Below, in pieces: positions 44,516 through 54,624 of a stretch of 64,000 bases of DNA. Origin of the DNA: Acidimicrobiia bacterium (GTDB lineage: Bacteria > Actinomycetota > Acidimicrobiia > IMCC26256 > JAOSJL01); the NCBI GenBank assembly GCA_041394025.1, contig JAWKJA010000003.1:79397-143396 (forward strand), read 5' to 3'. How positions within the stretch are numbered: position 1 is the stretch's first letter; the number at the start of each line of letters is the position of its first letter. The position numbers and the translations under genes are program-made. The notes beneath the pieces were generated by a model. It was given only the letters and a program-made list of their open reading frames with translations, did no database searches and was not told where the DNA came from.

Positions 44516-46234
44516 CTACGGACCGGAGGCGAAACCCGGGCGCGGCGCCTCCTTCAGGCCCCGGACGGCACTGTCGACGCTGGCGAAGAACCACCGCTCG
44601 CCGATGAGGTCGTAGACGCCTGCCTTTCTAAGGATCTCTCGACCCTGTGCGTTGAGCCGCGCGACACCGAAGGCCATTCCCCGGGCCGCGGCCGTCTCGA
44701 CGACCGAACGCAGGGCATCGGCTCCGTCGACGTCGACGTAGTTCACGGTCTCGAGATTGACCACGATGCCGTCGGGCTCACGTGCGATGATCTCGGCCAT
44801 CCGTTCCTGAAACGCCTCGGCGTTGGCGAAGAACAGAGGGGCGTCCAACCTCACCACCGCTATCCGCTCGGGTTTGATCGCCAGCGGCGCTGTATCTGTC
44901 GACGCGTACGCGCGCCGTCCGGGAAGGTGCCCGAGGGTCGGCATACGCGGACGCGACGCGCGGTAGACCAGCATCACGAACGATATCCCGACCGCGATCG
45001 CGAGACCTTCCAGGATTCCGACCGCACACACACCGACGAGGGCGGCCATCGCCGCGGCAAAGTCTCCGCGGCGGATCCGCCAGATCCGGCGCATCTCGAC
45101 GACGTTGAAGGTCCCCCACACGGCCGCGATGACGACCGCTCCGAGAACGGCGCTGGGGAGGTTCTCGAACACCGGCGTGAAGGCGGCGATCGTGAGCAGC
45201 GTCACCACCCCGCAGATGAGCATCGCCATCTGGGTTCTCGCACCAGCGTCGTCGGCGGCTGCGGACTTGGACAGGCTGCCGGAGACGGTGAAGCCACCCA
45301 GCAGGCCTGCTCCGATGTTCGCGGCCCCGGTGGCGACCATCTCCTGGTTCGCGTCGATGTCGTGTCCGTGGCTGCGTGCGTAGTTCGCCGCGATGCCGTA
45401 GCCCTCGGCGAACGCCACGACGACGATCCCGATCGCTCCGGGGACGAGCATGATGAGGTCCCTGAGGGAGACGTCGGGAAGGGTCAACCTCGGGAGTGCT
45501 GCCGGCACATCACCTACGACCTCCACGCCGTCGGATGACCAGTCGAGCAGCGTCGACAGCGCCACGGCCGCGATCACGACGACGAGGGCCGCCGGGGCCC
45601 TACGCCCGAGGGTCATCCGGCTCACCAGAAGGATGGCGAACGACACGAGGCCGATGATCGTCGTTGTCGTGTCGATGTCGGGAAGGCTCTCCAGAAGGGA
45701 CCAGAGCTTCTCGAAGAAGTTGCCGGAGCCTCCGGTGACGCCGACGACCTCGGCCGCCTGGTCGACCGCGATCGTCAGACCGAGTCCGAAGGTGAATCCG
45801 ACGAGCACCGACCGGGACATGAAGACGCTGATGAAGCCCAGCCGGAAGAGCCCGAAGGCGATGAAGACCACGCCGACGAGCAATGCGAGCGCCACGGTCA
45901 TGGCGACGAAGTCCTCGGACGCCGTCGCGACCGCCGCGACCGTGGATGCCGAGAGAATCGCGACGGTCGAACTCGGCCCCACGAACATCTGGCGCGACGT
46001 CCCGAAGACCGCGTAGGCGACGATCGCCCCCAGGCCGGCGTAGAGACCGGTCTCGGGCGGCATCCCCGCCAGCTCGGCGTAGGCCATGGCCTCGGGAACG
46101 AGCAGCGCCCACACGGTCAGGCCCGCCAGGAGATCGGGTCGCCACCAGGTCTTCTCGTATCGAGAGAGCCACGCGACGATCGGCAGGATGCGTTGTGCCC
46201 GCGTGGTGCGAGTTGTCATCGACGCCTTCGCCAC
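44516..46234 (-). CDS. SulP-family anion transporter with C-terminal STAS domain
   Basis: 572 aa: RPDLLAGLTVWALLVPEAMAYAELAGMPP, a polytopic core, and a C-terminal STAS-like IAVVRLDAPLFFANAEAF...VNYVDVDGADAL. Confidence 0.85.
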   Translation of the reverse strand: MAKASMTTRTTRAQRILPIVAWLSRYEKTWWRPDLLAGLTVWALLVPEAMAYAELAGMPPETGLYAGLGAIVAYAVFGTSRQMFVGPSSTVAILSASTVAAVATASEDFVAMTVALALLVGVVFIAFGLFRLGFISVFMSRSVLVGFTFGLGLTIAVDQAAEVVGVTGGSGNFFEKLWSLLESLPDIDTTTTIIGLVSFAILLVSRMTLGRRAPAALVVVIAAVALSTLLDWSSDGVEVVGDVPAALPRLTLPDVSLRDLIMLVPGAIGIVVVAFAEGYGIAANYARSHGHDIDANQEMVATGAANIGAGLLGGFTVSGSLSKSAAADDAGARTQMAMLICGVVTLLTIAAFTPVFENLPSAVLGAVVIAAVWGTFNVVEMRRIWRIRRGDFAAAMAALVGVCAVGILEGLAIAVGISFVMLVYRASRPRMPTLGHLPGRRAYASTDTAPLAIKPERIAVVRLDAPLFFANAEAFQERMAEIIAREPDGIVVNLETVNYVDVDGADALRSVVETAAARGMAFGVARLNAQGREILRKAGVYDLIGERWFFASVDSAVRGLKEAPRPGFASGP

Positions 46235-46236
46235 GC

Positions 46237-47451
46237 CTACGCCGCCGCTGACGACCTCATGAGGCTCGTCCCCCCGTCGCCGTTTCGTCGCCGACGGTTC
46301 TCGACGGCCCAGCCGGGGCCGCGGAACACGTTCGACAGCCGTTCACGCCAGGTTCGTGAACGCGACACATCGCGGAGCATCTCGACGTGCTCGTGGGTCG
46401 CGACCCGCAGCGGATCGTAGGTGTCGATGTTCTTCGTGAGTCCGTAGACCACCTTCTCCCCTTCGGCCTCGAAGGTACCGAAGAGCTTGTCCCACACGAT
46501 GAGGATGCTTCCGTGGTTCCGGTCGAGGTACTGCGGCTGCGACCCATGGTGCACGCGGTGGTGACTCGGTGTGTTGAAGCCCGGTTCGAGGGGGCCGACT
46601 CCGTCGATCGTGTCGGTGTGGATCCAGTACTGATAGAGCAGGTTCAGCGCGCGGGCCGTGGCCACGACGTCGGGCCGGAACCCGAACATGCACAGAACCG
46701 AGTACGGCAGGAATGTCCCGAAAGCGTCCGCCACGGGTTGTCGCAACGCCGTCGAGAGGTTGTAGTGCTCGCTCGAATGGTGCACCACGTGGATCGCCCA
46801 CATGTAGCGGCTCTCGTGCATGAACCGGTGGTTCCAGTAGTAGACGAAGTCCCATGCCAGCGTGGCGGCGATCACCGCCAGAGGGCCGGCGCCGAGATCC
46901 CGAACGAGGCGCCTGTTCCACATCTGCCGTGGGGAGGTTCTCGCCGCCCACCACGTGGTGAGTGCGAGCCCGCCGGCCACGATCGAGGCCACACCGCCGA
47001 CCTTCGCCACCCGACGCGCCGCCACTGCGACGCGCCGTCGCCGGGAGCGGTTCCGCGGAACCGTCGTCGGCATCGTGGCCGACGGCTCCTCCGGGCCCGG
47101 CCGCTTCCCGTCGAACAGGGTCCTGTCGTCCGGGCCATCGGGGTCACCGGGCTCCTCCCCGTCGAGGCGGGCCAGGAGGTCGGCCACGGTCGTCACCACG
47201 ACCGCCCCGCCGGCGGTGACGAGCAGCACCTTGCCGAACTTCCCCTTGCCGGGAGCGAAGGGCGCGAGGATCCGCGGCAACACGAGCGGCGTCAGCAGGC
47301 TGCCGACACCCATCGAGAGGCTGGCGATCGTGTCGCGACGCTCGTAGTCGGCGGCCGACGGCCCCTCGCGTCGTGCGCGGTCCCGGAGCGCCCTGTACTC
47401 GAGTGCCATGGTGCCGAAGTACAGCGGCGTGGCTGTCACCGTCAGGTCCAT
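46237..47451 (-). CDS. fatty acid hydroxylase/sterol desaturase-family membrane di-iron enzyme
   Basis: Histidine boxes HRFMHE, HVVHH, HHRVHH. N-terminal membrane region. Confidence 0.8.
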   Translation of the reverse strand: MDLTVTATPLYFGTMALEYRALRDRARREGPSAADYERRDTIASLSMGVGSLLTPLVLPRILAPFAPGKGKFGKVLLVTAGGAVVVTTVADLLARLDGEEPGDPDGPDDRTLFDGKRPGPEEPSATMPTTVPRNRSRRRRVAVAARRVAKVGGVASIVAGGLALTTWWAARTSPRQMWNRRLVRDLGAGPLAVIAATLAWDFVYYWNHRFMHESRYMWAIHVVHHSSEHYNLSTALRQPVADAFGTFLPYSVLCMFGFRPDVVATARALNLLYQYWIHTDTIDGVGPLEPGFNTPSHHRVHHGSQPQYLDRNHGSILIVWDKLFGTFEAEGEKVVYGLTKNIDTYDPLRVATHEHVEMLRDVSRSRTWRERLSNVFRGPGWAVENRRRRNGDGGTSLMRSSAAA

Positions 47452-47548
47452 CCGGCACTCCCTCGTCGCACGACCGAGCCGTACTCACTCATTGTGGCGC
47501 ATCCGCCGGTGGGCGTGGCCAGGTAGCCCGAATCTGTCGACGCGCCCC

Positions 47549-48970
47549 TCAGAGGCGGTAGTCGTACTCCTCGAGGAGTCGGAGCCACACCTCGCTCACC
47601 GTGGGGTACGACGGCACCGAGTGCCAGAGCGCCTCAAGGGGGACCTCGCCCGCCACGGCGACGGTGGCGGCGTGGAGCATCTCCTGAACGCCCGGCCCGG
47701 TGAACGTCGCCCCGACGACGATCTGGCGGTCGTCGTCGATCACGAGCTGGCACGTACCCTCGATGTCACGCCCGAGGACGGTGGCACCGGCCACGCTCCC
47801 GGTCCCCACGCTGACGGCCGTGACGTCGAGCCCGGCGTCGCGCGCCGTGGCCTCGGTCATCCCGACCGACGCTATCTGCGGCTCTGTGAACACGACACTC
47901 GGCACGGCCCGGTTGTCGGCCCAGGCCGTGATGTCCTGTCCGGCGAGGACGTCCCCGATGACACGCGCCTGGTACTTGCCCATGTGGGTGAGCAGCGCCC
48001 GGTGGTTGACGTCGCCCGCGGCGAAGAGCCAGTCGCCGTCGACACCGGTGACACGGAGTTGGTCGTCGACCTCGAGCCAGTCTCCGGGCTCCAGGCCCAC
48101 GGTCTCGAGCCCGATGTCGTCGGTGGACGGCCGCCGCCCGGCGGCGACGACGATCTCGTCGGTCGTGAAGGTCCCCCCGTCGGCCATCGTGACGGTCACG
48201 GGACCGTCACCGTCGCGTTCGACCTTCTCGGCGCGCCCGGCCTCGCCGGTGCGCACGGTGATGCCCTGGTCCTCCATGGCGGCGCGTAGCTCACCACCGG
48301 CGAAAGGCTCGAGCCTCGGCAGAAGGCGCTCGGAGGCCTGGACGAGGACGACGATCTCGGTCCCGAGTGAGTGCCAGGCCTGTGCCATCTCGCAGCCGAC
48401 CGGCCCACCACCCAACACGAACAGGCTGTCGGGTGCCTCCTCGGCCGCTGTGATGTCGCGGTTGTCCCACGTGGCGATGTCGCTCAACCCGGACACGGGT
48501 GGGACAGCGGCGTGACTGCCGGTGGCCACGACGACGGCCTTCGTGGCCCGCAGCGTGCGGGTGCTGCCGTCGGACCGCTCGACCTCGACGGTGCGCTCTC
48601 CCGCCAGGCGCCCCTTCCCCCGTACGAGCTCCGCACCGATGCTGTCGACCCACTGCACCTGGTACTTGTCGTCCCAGTGCGAGGTGACACTGTCGCGCCG
48701 TGCGAGGACAGCGTCGACGTCGATCGATCCGGTGACCGCCTCGGACGCACCGGGGACACGGCGGGCAGCCGCCAGAGCCTCCGCGGGGCGCAGCAGCGCC
48801 TTGCTGGGCATGCACGCCCAGTAGGAGCACTCCCCGCCGACCAACTCACTCTCCACGAGGGCCGCTGTCATGTCGTGGTCGCGGGCCCGCCAGGCGACGT
48901 TCTCGCCGGTGGAGCCGCCGCCGATCACGACGACGTCGAACTCGTCCACCGCGCCGCCTCCGTCAGCCAT
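47549..48970 (-). CDS. class I pyridine nucleotide-disulfide oxidoreductase (dihydrolipoamide dehydrogenase/mycothione reductase-like)
   Basis: FDVVVIGGGSTG, redox disulfide GGECSYWACMPSK, second Rossmann motif LFVLGGGPVGCEMA, C-terminal HSVPSYPTVSE. Confidence 0.85.
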   Translation of the reverse strand: MADGGGAVDEFDVVVIGGGSTGENVAWRARDHDMTAALVESELVGGECSYWACMPSKALLRPAEALAAARRVPGASEAVTGSIDVDAVLARRDSVTSHWDDKYQVQWVDSIGAELVRGKGRLAGERTVEVERSDGSTRTLRATKAVVVATGSHAAVPPVSGLSDIATWDNRDITAAEEAPDSLFVLGGGPVGCEMAQAWHSLGTEIVVLVQASERLLPRLEPFAGGELRAAMEDQGITVRTGEAGRAEKVERDGDGPVTVTMADGGTFTTDEIVVAAGRRPSTDDIGLETVGLEPGDWLEVDDQLRVTGVDGDWLFAAGDVNHRALLTHMGKYQARVIGDVLAGQDITAWADNRAVPSVVFTEPQIASVGMTEATARDAGLDVTAVSVGTGSVAGATVLGRDIEGTCQLVIDDDRQIVVGATFTGPGVQEMLHAATVAVAGEVPLEALWHSVPSYPTVSEVWLRLLEEYDYRL

Positions 48971-49012
48971 GCAGGTGGGAACACGGTGGACGGCGACGAT
49001 CTTCCCGGTGTG

Positions 49013-49606
49013 TCATGACGTCCGGTACAGCCCTTCGTTCAGCGATCGTACGACCCGGTACTCGTGCTCCCATCCGAGCACGCTCAACGTACCCGTGGCG
49101 AGGGTGAGCAGCCGACCGTCGGCGGGACCGAGCCCCAGCCAGCGCGCCATGAGCACCCGCAGGACGTGTCCGTGGGCGAAGAGTGCGACGGGGCCGTCCG
49201 CAGCGAGGACGCGCTCGATGACGCGGTCGACGCGTGTGGCGACCTCGTCGGGTGTCTCACCACCGGGGGTGTGCCCGGTCCAGATCAACCAGTCGGGATC
49301 GTCTTCACGGATCTGTGGGGTCGTGAGGCCCTCGTAGTCGCCGTAGTTCCACTCGAGGAGGTCGTCGTCGATCTCTGCCACGTCGCCGAGTCCGGCCAGA
49401 CGGCAGGTCTCGCGGGCGCGCTGGAGGGGGCTCGTGAGAACCAGGGCGAAGTCCCACTGCGCCAACGCGGGGCCGATGTTCTCGGCATCCTTCCGACCCT
49501 TGTCAGTGAGGGGAACGTCGGTCCGCCCGGTGTGGCGGCCGTTCCTGGACCACTCCGTCTCGCCGTGGCGGGCGACGACGGCGTCATGGTGTGCAGGAGC
49601 GGACAC
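49013..49606 (-). CDS. histidine phosphatase (phosphoglycerate mutase-like) family protein
   Basis: VVARHGETEWSRNGRHTGRTDVPLT is an RHG motif; FAHGHVLR follows. Confidence 0.8.
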   Translation of the reverse strand: MSAPAHHDAVVARHGETEWSRNGRHTGRTDVPLTDKGRKDAENIGPALAQWDFALVLTSPLQRARETCRLAGLGDVAEIDDDLLEWNYGDYEGLTTPQIREDDPDWLIWTGHTPGGETPDEVATRVDRVIERVLAADGPVALFAHGHVLRVLMARWLGLGPADGRLLTLATGTLSVLGWEHEYRVVRSLNEGLYRTS

Positions 49607-49763
49607 GACGGCATCGTAGCGACTACGGCGGGCCGTCCCCGCGGGTCGTGGACGGCGATGTGGTCGGGACGCGTGCCGACGCCGGTTCAGGCCGTAGGAT
49701 CGACATCGACGTGTTCATCTCCGGCACGACTCGGTGCCGGTCGCCACCGGAAGGACTCCAGTC

Positions 49764-50792
49764 ATGCAGCTCGGGATGATCGGCCTCGGCCGGATGGGCG
49801 CCAACATGTCACGCCGACTGATGCGCGACGGCCACGACATCGTCGCCTACGACCTGAACTTGGACGCTGTGACGGAACTGGCCGGCGAGGGCGCGACGGG
49901 GTCGTCGTCGTTCGAGGACTTCGTGGCGAAGCTCGACAAGCCCCGGGCCGTGTGGATGATGGTGCCCGCTGCTGTCGTCGACGAGACGATCGAGAAGGTC
50001 GTCGACCTGCTCGACGCCGGCGACATCCTCATCGATGGCGGGAACTCCTACTACAAGGACGACCTGCGCCGGGCGAAGGAGCTCGAGCCGAAGAAGATCC
50101 ACTACGTCGACGTCGGTGTGAGTGGCGGCGTGTGGGGTCTCGACCGGGGTTACGGCCACATGATCGGCGGTGAGACCGACATCGTCGACTACCTCGACCC
50201 GATCTTCCGGTCGATCGCACCCGGACCCGGCGACGTGGAACGGACCGAGGGCCGCACCGGCGACTACTCCCGGGAGGAGTGCGGTTACATCCACTGCGGG
50301 CCGCACGGCGCCGGCCATTTCGTGAAGATGGTGCACAACGGCATCGAGTACGGCGTGATGGCCGCCTACGCCGAGGGGCTGAACATCCTCGCCCACGCCG
50401 ATGCCGGTGAGCACCAGCGCGAGGTCGACGCGGAGACGACGCCGCTGCGCAACCCCGACGAGTTCAGGTACGACCTCGACCTCCCGGCGGTCGCCGAGGC
50501 GTGGCGACGTGGCACGGTCATCGGGTCGTGGCTGCTCGACCTCACTGCCATCGCCCTCCACCGCAACGCCGACCTGTCGGACTTCACGGGCAAGGTGTCC
50601 GACTCCGGCGAGGGGCGCTGGACGAGCATCGCCGCCATCGAGAGTGGCGCGCCGTCGCCGGTTCTCACGACCGCGCTCTACGAGCGCTTCACCTCACGTG
50701 GTGAGGCCGACTTCGCCGACAAGCTCCTCTCGGCGATGCGCTACGAGTTCGGCGGCCACGTCGAGAAGGGCGCCGGCAAGGGCCAGAAGTAG
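49764..50792 (+). CDS. gnd: 6-phosphogluconate dehydrogenase, decarboxylating (short Gnd/YqeC type)
   Basis: Internal ATG 49764 of ORF 49734..50792. MQLGMIGLGRMGANMSRRL, GGNSYY, HFVKMVHNGIEYG. Confidence 0.85.
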   Translation: MQLGMIGLGRMGANMSRRLMRDGHDIVAYDLNLDAVTELAGEGATGSSSFEDFVAKLDKPRAVWMMVPAAVVDETIEKVVDLLDAGDILIDGGNSYYKDDLRRAKELEPKKIHYVDVGVSGGVWGLDRGYGHMIGGETDIVDYLDPIFRSIAPGPGDVERTEGRTGDYSREECGYIHCGPHGAGHFVKMVHNGIEYGVMAAYAEGLNILAHADAGEHQREVDAETTPLRNPDEFRYDLDLPAVAEAWRRGTVIGSWLLDLTAIALHRNADLSDFTGKVSDSGEGRWTSIAAIESGAPSPVLTTALYERFTSRGEADFADKLLSAMRYEFGGHVEKGAGKGQK

Positions 50793-50802
50793 GCGACCCA
50801 GA

Positions 50803-50851
50803 TTTGATGCGTCCGTGAAGCGCGCTATGCGCGCTTCACGGACGCATCAAA
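50803..50851. terminator. perfect 23-bp stem, 3-nt loop hairpin between convergent gnd and tal (bidirectional terminator candidate)
   Basis: TTTGATGCGTCCGTGAAGCGCGC-TAT-GCGCGCTTCACGGACGCATCAAA, with TTT/AAA at the stem ends. Confidence 0.6.
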
Positions 50852-50859
50852 TTCTTTGG

Positions 50860-51945
50860 CTACGACGCCTTGCCGAGAGCCTCGCTCTTGTCCTCGATGC
50901 AGGTGAGCAGCTCGTCCCAGGAGTCGACGAACGCCTTGGCGCCGTCGGTCTGGAGCTGCGCGCCCAGAGCGTCGTAGTCGACACCGGCGTCGGCCAGCTT
51001 CGCCATCGTCTCCTCGGCGTCACCGCCGTCGGGGGGAAGCATGTCGCCGACCGTGCCGTGGTCGGCGAAGGCGTGCAGCGTCTTCTCCGGCATGGTGTTC
51101 ACGGTGTGGGGTGAGGCCAGCTTCTCGATGTAGAGGACGTCGGAGGCGTCGGGGTCCTTCGTGCCGGTGCTGGCCCAGAGCAGGCGCTGCGGCCTGGCGC
51201 CCGCGTTGGCGAGCGTCTGCCACTCGTCGGAGTCGAGTAGCTCGCGGTACGCCTTGTAGCACCGCTTGGCCACCGCGACCCCGAGCTGGTCCTTCAGCTC
51301 GTCGGGGATCTTCCCCATGACGGCCTTGTCCCACCGGCTGATGAAGACCGACGCCACCGACGCCACCTGCGGGCTCTCGCCGGCGTCGATACGGCGCCTG
51401 ATCCCCTTCATGTACGCCCCCGCCGCAGCCATGTAGTGCTCACGGGAGAAGAGGAGCGTGACGTTGACGTTGATCCCCGCGGCGATGGCCTCCTCGATGG
51501 CCGGAAGCCCTTCGGGAGTGCCAGGGATCTTGATGAACAGGTTGGGCCGCTCGGCGCGTGCGAAGAGGTTCTTCGCCTCCTCGATGGTGCTCCGGGTGTC
51601 GTAGGCGAGCTTCGGTGAGACCTCGAGCGACACGTAGCCGTCGGTGCCGGCTGTCTCGTCGTGGATCGGGCGGAAGAGGTCGGCGGCCTCGGTGAGGTCC
51701 TCGAGGGCCAGGTCGAAGAAGAGGTCCTCACCCGAGCGCCCGGCTGCAACCTTCGCCGTGATGGCGTCGTCGTAGAAGTCGGTCTTGCGGACGGCGTTGT
51801 CGAAGATGGTGGGGTTCGACGTGAGGCCCGTGACCGACAGCTCGTCGATGTAGGACTTCAGTGTCCCGCTCGTGAGCAGGCCGCGCGTGATGTTGTCGAG
51901 CCACAGGCTCTGACCGGCGTCGTGCAGCTGCTGGGTGGGCTTCAT
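50860..51945 (-). CDS. tal: transaldolase (long actinobacterial type)
   Basis: Internal ATG 51945 after GAGGAG. GQSLWLDNITRGLL, LTSNPTIF, and the lysine region NLFIKIPGT. Confidence 0.9.
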   Translation of the reverse strand: MKPTQQLHDAGQSLWLDNITRGLLTSGTLKSYIDELSVTGLTSNPTIFDNAVRKTDFYDDAITAKVAAGRSGEDLFFDLALEDLTEAADLFRPIHDETAGTDGYVSLEVSPKLAYDTRSTIEEAKNLFARAERPNLFIKIPGTPEGLPAIEEAIAAGINVNVTLLFSREHYMAAAGAYMKGIRRRIDAGESPQVASVASVFISRWDKAVMGKIPDELKDQLGVAVAKRCYKAYRELLDSDEWQTLANAGARPQRLLWASTGTKDPDASDVLYIEKLASPHTVNTMPEKTLHAFADHGTVGDMLPPDGGDAEETMAKLADAGVDYDALGAQLQTDGAKAFVDSWDELLTCIEDKSEALGKAS

Positions 51946-52010
51946 CGGGCTCTCCTCGGGTCGCACGGGGCGTCACCCCGCACGCTACCCGCCGGAACCG
52001 ACGTCCGGCT

Positions 52011-52643
52011 TCAGGTCGACGTGTGCGGCCCGGCCGTGGCCTCTGTGCCCTCGGAACCGTTCGACCGCCACGCGGCGGCTGTGATCTCGTAGACGAGCAC
52101 GTCGACCGGTGGCAGCTTCTCCACGGTCGTCGAGATGTCGGGTGTGCGGGTCTCGCGCTCGCGACGCATCCCCAGACGCTCGGCGACACGCCAGGATGCC
52201 TCGTTGGCGGGCTCGATGACGGCGATGACGCGGTCCAGGCCGAGGCGGCCGAACGCCACCGCGAGGCTCGCCCGGGCCCCCTCGGTGGCGAGCCCGGATC
52301 CCCAGTGGTCCGGATGGAGCCTCCACCCCACCTCGACCGCCGGCATGACCTCGGGCAGGAAGTCGGGTGTTCCGAGGCCGATCGTCCCGACGATGTCGCC
52401 GGTGGCACGCAGAACGGCGGCGTGGTAGCCGAAGCCGTGCTCCTCCCAGTGGTCGACGAGCAGGGCGTGCCCGGCGGCTGCCTCGTCGGCGGTGAGACCC
52501 CTCCCCCACGGGTAGCGTGACACGTCCGGGTCCGCGAAGAGACGGGCGTGCGCCGCGCGGTCGTCGCGTGTCCACGGCCGCAGCAGCAGCCTCTCGGACT
52601 CGATCGCCGCCGTCCCGTGCGACTCCCAACGCCCACCGTCCAT
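52011..52643 (-). CDS. GNAT-family N-acetyltransferase (RimJ/RimL-like)
   Basis: Internal ATG 52643 of ORF 52011..52937. ERLLLRPWTRDD, VEVGWRLHPDHWGSGLATEGARA, NEASWRVAERLGM. Confidence 0.75.
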   Translation of the reverse strand: MDGGRWESHGTAAIESERLLLRPWTRDDRAAHARLFADPDVSRYPWGRGLTADEAAAGHALLVDHWEEHGFGYHAAVLRATGDIVGTIGLGTPDFLPEVMPAVEVGWRLHPDHWGSGLATEGARASLAVAFGRLGLDRVIAVIEPANEASWRVAERLGMRRERETRTPDISTTVEKLPPVDVLVYEITAAAWRSNGSEGTEATAGPHTST

Positions 52644-52685
52644 TGCTGCATGGTCGCGCTCCCGGAGGGCGCGGTACGATCGTCG

Positions 52686-52778
52686 ACACCACAGGGGAGC
52701 TCGGGGCGCCGGGCTGAGAGGGTGGCCGATCCGCCACCGACCCTCCGAACCTGACCCGGGTAATGCCGGCGGAGGAAC
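52686..52778 (+). promoter_or_regulatory. TPP (THI-box) riboswitch
   Basis: CAGGGGAGC..GGGCTGAGAGGG..ACCCTCCGAACCTGACCCGGGTAATGCCGGCGGAGGAAC matches the conserved GGGG..CTGAGA..ACCC..GAACCTGA..GG.TAATGCC.GCG.AGG.A core. Its 3' arm contains the GGAGGA RBS of the GTG at 52782. Confidence 0.85.
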
Positions 52779-52781
52779 AAC

Positions 52782-53465
52782 GTGGACGGCACGGACGCAG
52801 CCGGAGCCATCACGGCGATCGTGTGCACGGGCGGTGTCTCGTCGCGCTCGGAGAGCGGCGCCGACGCGTCGATCGGCGATTCTCTTCCCGCCCACGACCT
52901 CGTGATCGCCGCCGACTCGGGGCTCCACCTGGCACACGAGCTCGGTCTGGCGGTCGACGTCGCCGTCGGCGACTTCGATTCCGCCTCACCGGCGGCGGTC
53001 GCGTCCGCAGAGAGGACGGGCGTCGTCGTCGAGCGTCATCCAGCCGACAAGGACCGGACCGACCTCGAACTGGCCCTCGACGCCGCCGTGGGGCGCGGGG
53101 CGACACACCTCGTCGTCGTGGGGATCGACGGTGGGCGGCCCGACCACGAGCTGGCGAACCTCCTTCTCCTCGGATCCCACAAGTACAGGTCGGTGGCGAT
53201 CGAGACACTGTCCCCTTCGGCGCGTGCCGTCGTGGTCACGGGGTCGGCCACCCTCCCCGGAACGGTCGGCGACCTCGTCTCGCTCCTGCCACTGGGGGGA
53301 GGGGCCCGGGGGGTGCGAACGTCCGGCCTGGAGTTCGCTTTGGCGGGCGACAACCTGGAGCCCGGCACGACGCGCGGGGTCAGCAACATCATCGAGTCAG
53401 CACCGGCGACGGTGAGCGTGACCGGGGGGACCCTGCTCGCCGTGCTTCCCCACGAGGTCTCCTGA
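52782..53465 (+). CDS. thiN: thiamine diphosphokinase
   Basis: VIAADSG...VGDFDS...HPADKDRTDLELAL...VVVGIDGGRPDHELAN, the TPK catalytic-domain pattern. Sits directly behind the TPP riboswitch. Confidence 0.8.
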   Translation: MDGTDAAGAITAIVCTGGVSSRSESGADASIGDSLPAHDLVIAADSGLHLAHELGLAVDVAVGDFDSASPAAVASAERTGVVVERHPADKDRTDLELALDAAVGRGATHLVVVGIDGGRPDHELANLLLLGSHKYRSVAIETLSPSARAVVVTGSATLPGTVGDLVSLLPLGGGARGVRTSGLEFALAGDNLEPGTTRGVSNIIESAPATVSVTGGTLLAVLPHEVS

Positions 53466-53541
53466 CATGACCGGCCGTGCGTTGACGGCCCTGACCCGTC
53501 CGATCCCGACCGAGACCGAACCACCGAGGAGGAGACACAGC

Positions 53542-54624
53542 ATGACCACGACCCTTCGACGCATCCTCGGCGTCGCCGTCGCTCTCGCGCTGCTCCTGAC
53601 GGCCTGCGGCTCCGATGACGACGACACGGGCGGTGACGCCGCCGGCGATGGAAGCACCGACGTGACGCTCACGCTCGTCGCACACGACTCGTTCGCCGTG
53701 AGCGACGACCTGCTCGACGCCTTCACCGACGAGACCGGCATCTCCGTGGAGATCCTGATGGCCGGCGACACCGGCAGTGTCGTCAACCAGGCGGTGCTCA
53801 CGAAGGACGACCCCCTCGGCGACGTCCTCTTCGGTGTCGACAACACCTTCCTCACCCGCGCCCTGGACGAGGGGATCTTCGAGCCCTACGCCTCGCCGGC
53901 GCTCGCGGATGTTCCGGGCACGCTCCAACTGGACGACGAGCAGCGGGTCACGCCAATCGATCTGGGCGACGTGTGCCTCAACTACGACATCGCCGCCTTC
54001 GGCGAGTCCGGCGTCGCTGTTCCCGACTCGCTGGAGGCCCTGACCGATCCGGCCTACGCCGACCTGCTCGTCGTGGAGAACCCCGCCACGTCGTCGCCCG
54101 GGCTGGCGTTCATGCTCGCCACGATCGAGGAGTTCGGCGAGGACGGCTGGCTCGACTTCTGGTCGGCGCTGCGCGACAACGGTGTCGAGGTCGCCGACGG
54201 CTGGGAGGAGGCCTACTACGGCAGCTTCTCGGCGGCCTCCGACGACGGCACGCGGCCCCTCGTCGTGAGCTACGCCTCCAGCCCGGCTGCGGAGGTCTTC
54301 TTCGCCGAGGGCGCGCTCGACGAGGCGCCCACGGGCGTGATCGACGCCTCCTGCTTCCGCCAGATCGAGTTCGCCGGCGTCCTCGCGGGGACCGAGCACC
54401 CCGACGAGGCGGGCGAGCTCATCGACTTCCTGCTCTCCCCGGAGGTCCAGGAGGACATCCCGCTCACCATGTTCGTGTATCCGGCGCGTGACGATGTCGA
54501 GCTGCCCGAGGTCTTCGTCGACAACGCCCAGCTCCCTGACGACAGCTACGAGATGCCGCCCGACGAGATCGGCGAGAACCGCGACCGTTGGATCGAGGAG
54601 TGGACGAACACGGTGCTGCGCTGA
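53542..54624 (+). CDS. thiB: thiamine ABC transporter substrate-binding lipoprotein
   Basis: Internal ATG 53542 of ORF 53467..54624. Lipobox LLLTACGSDDDD. Fe3+/thiamine-type periplasmic binding protein composition. Assignment rests mainly on the riboswitch context. Confidence 0.65.
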   Translation: MTTTLRRILGVAVALALLLTACGSDDDDTGGDAAGDGSTDVTLTLVAHDSFAVSDDLLDAFTDETGISVEILMAGDTGSVVNQAVLTKDDPLGDVLFGVDNTFLTRALDEGIFEPYASPALADVPGTLQLDDEQRVTPIDLGDVCLNYDIAAFGESGVAVPDSLEALTDPAYADLLVVENPATSSPGLAFMLATIEEFGEDGWLDFWSALRDNGVEVADGWEEAYYGSFSAASDDGTRPLVVSYASSPAAEVFFAEGALDEAPTGVIDASCFRQIEFAGVLAGTEHPDEAGELIDFLLSPEVQEDIPLTMFVYPARDDVELPEVFVDNAQLPDDSYEMPPDEIGENRDRWIEEWTNTVLR

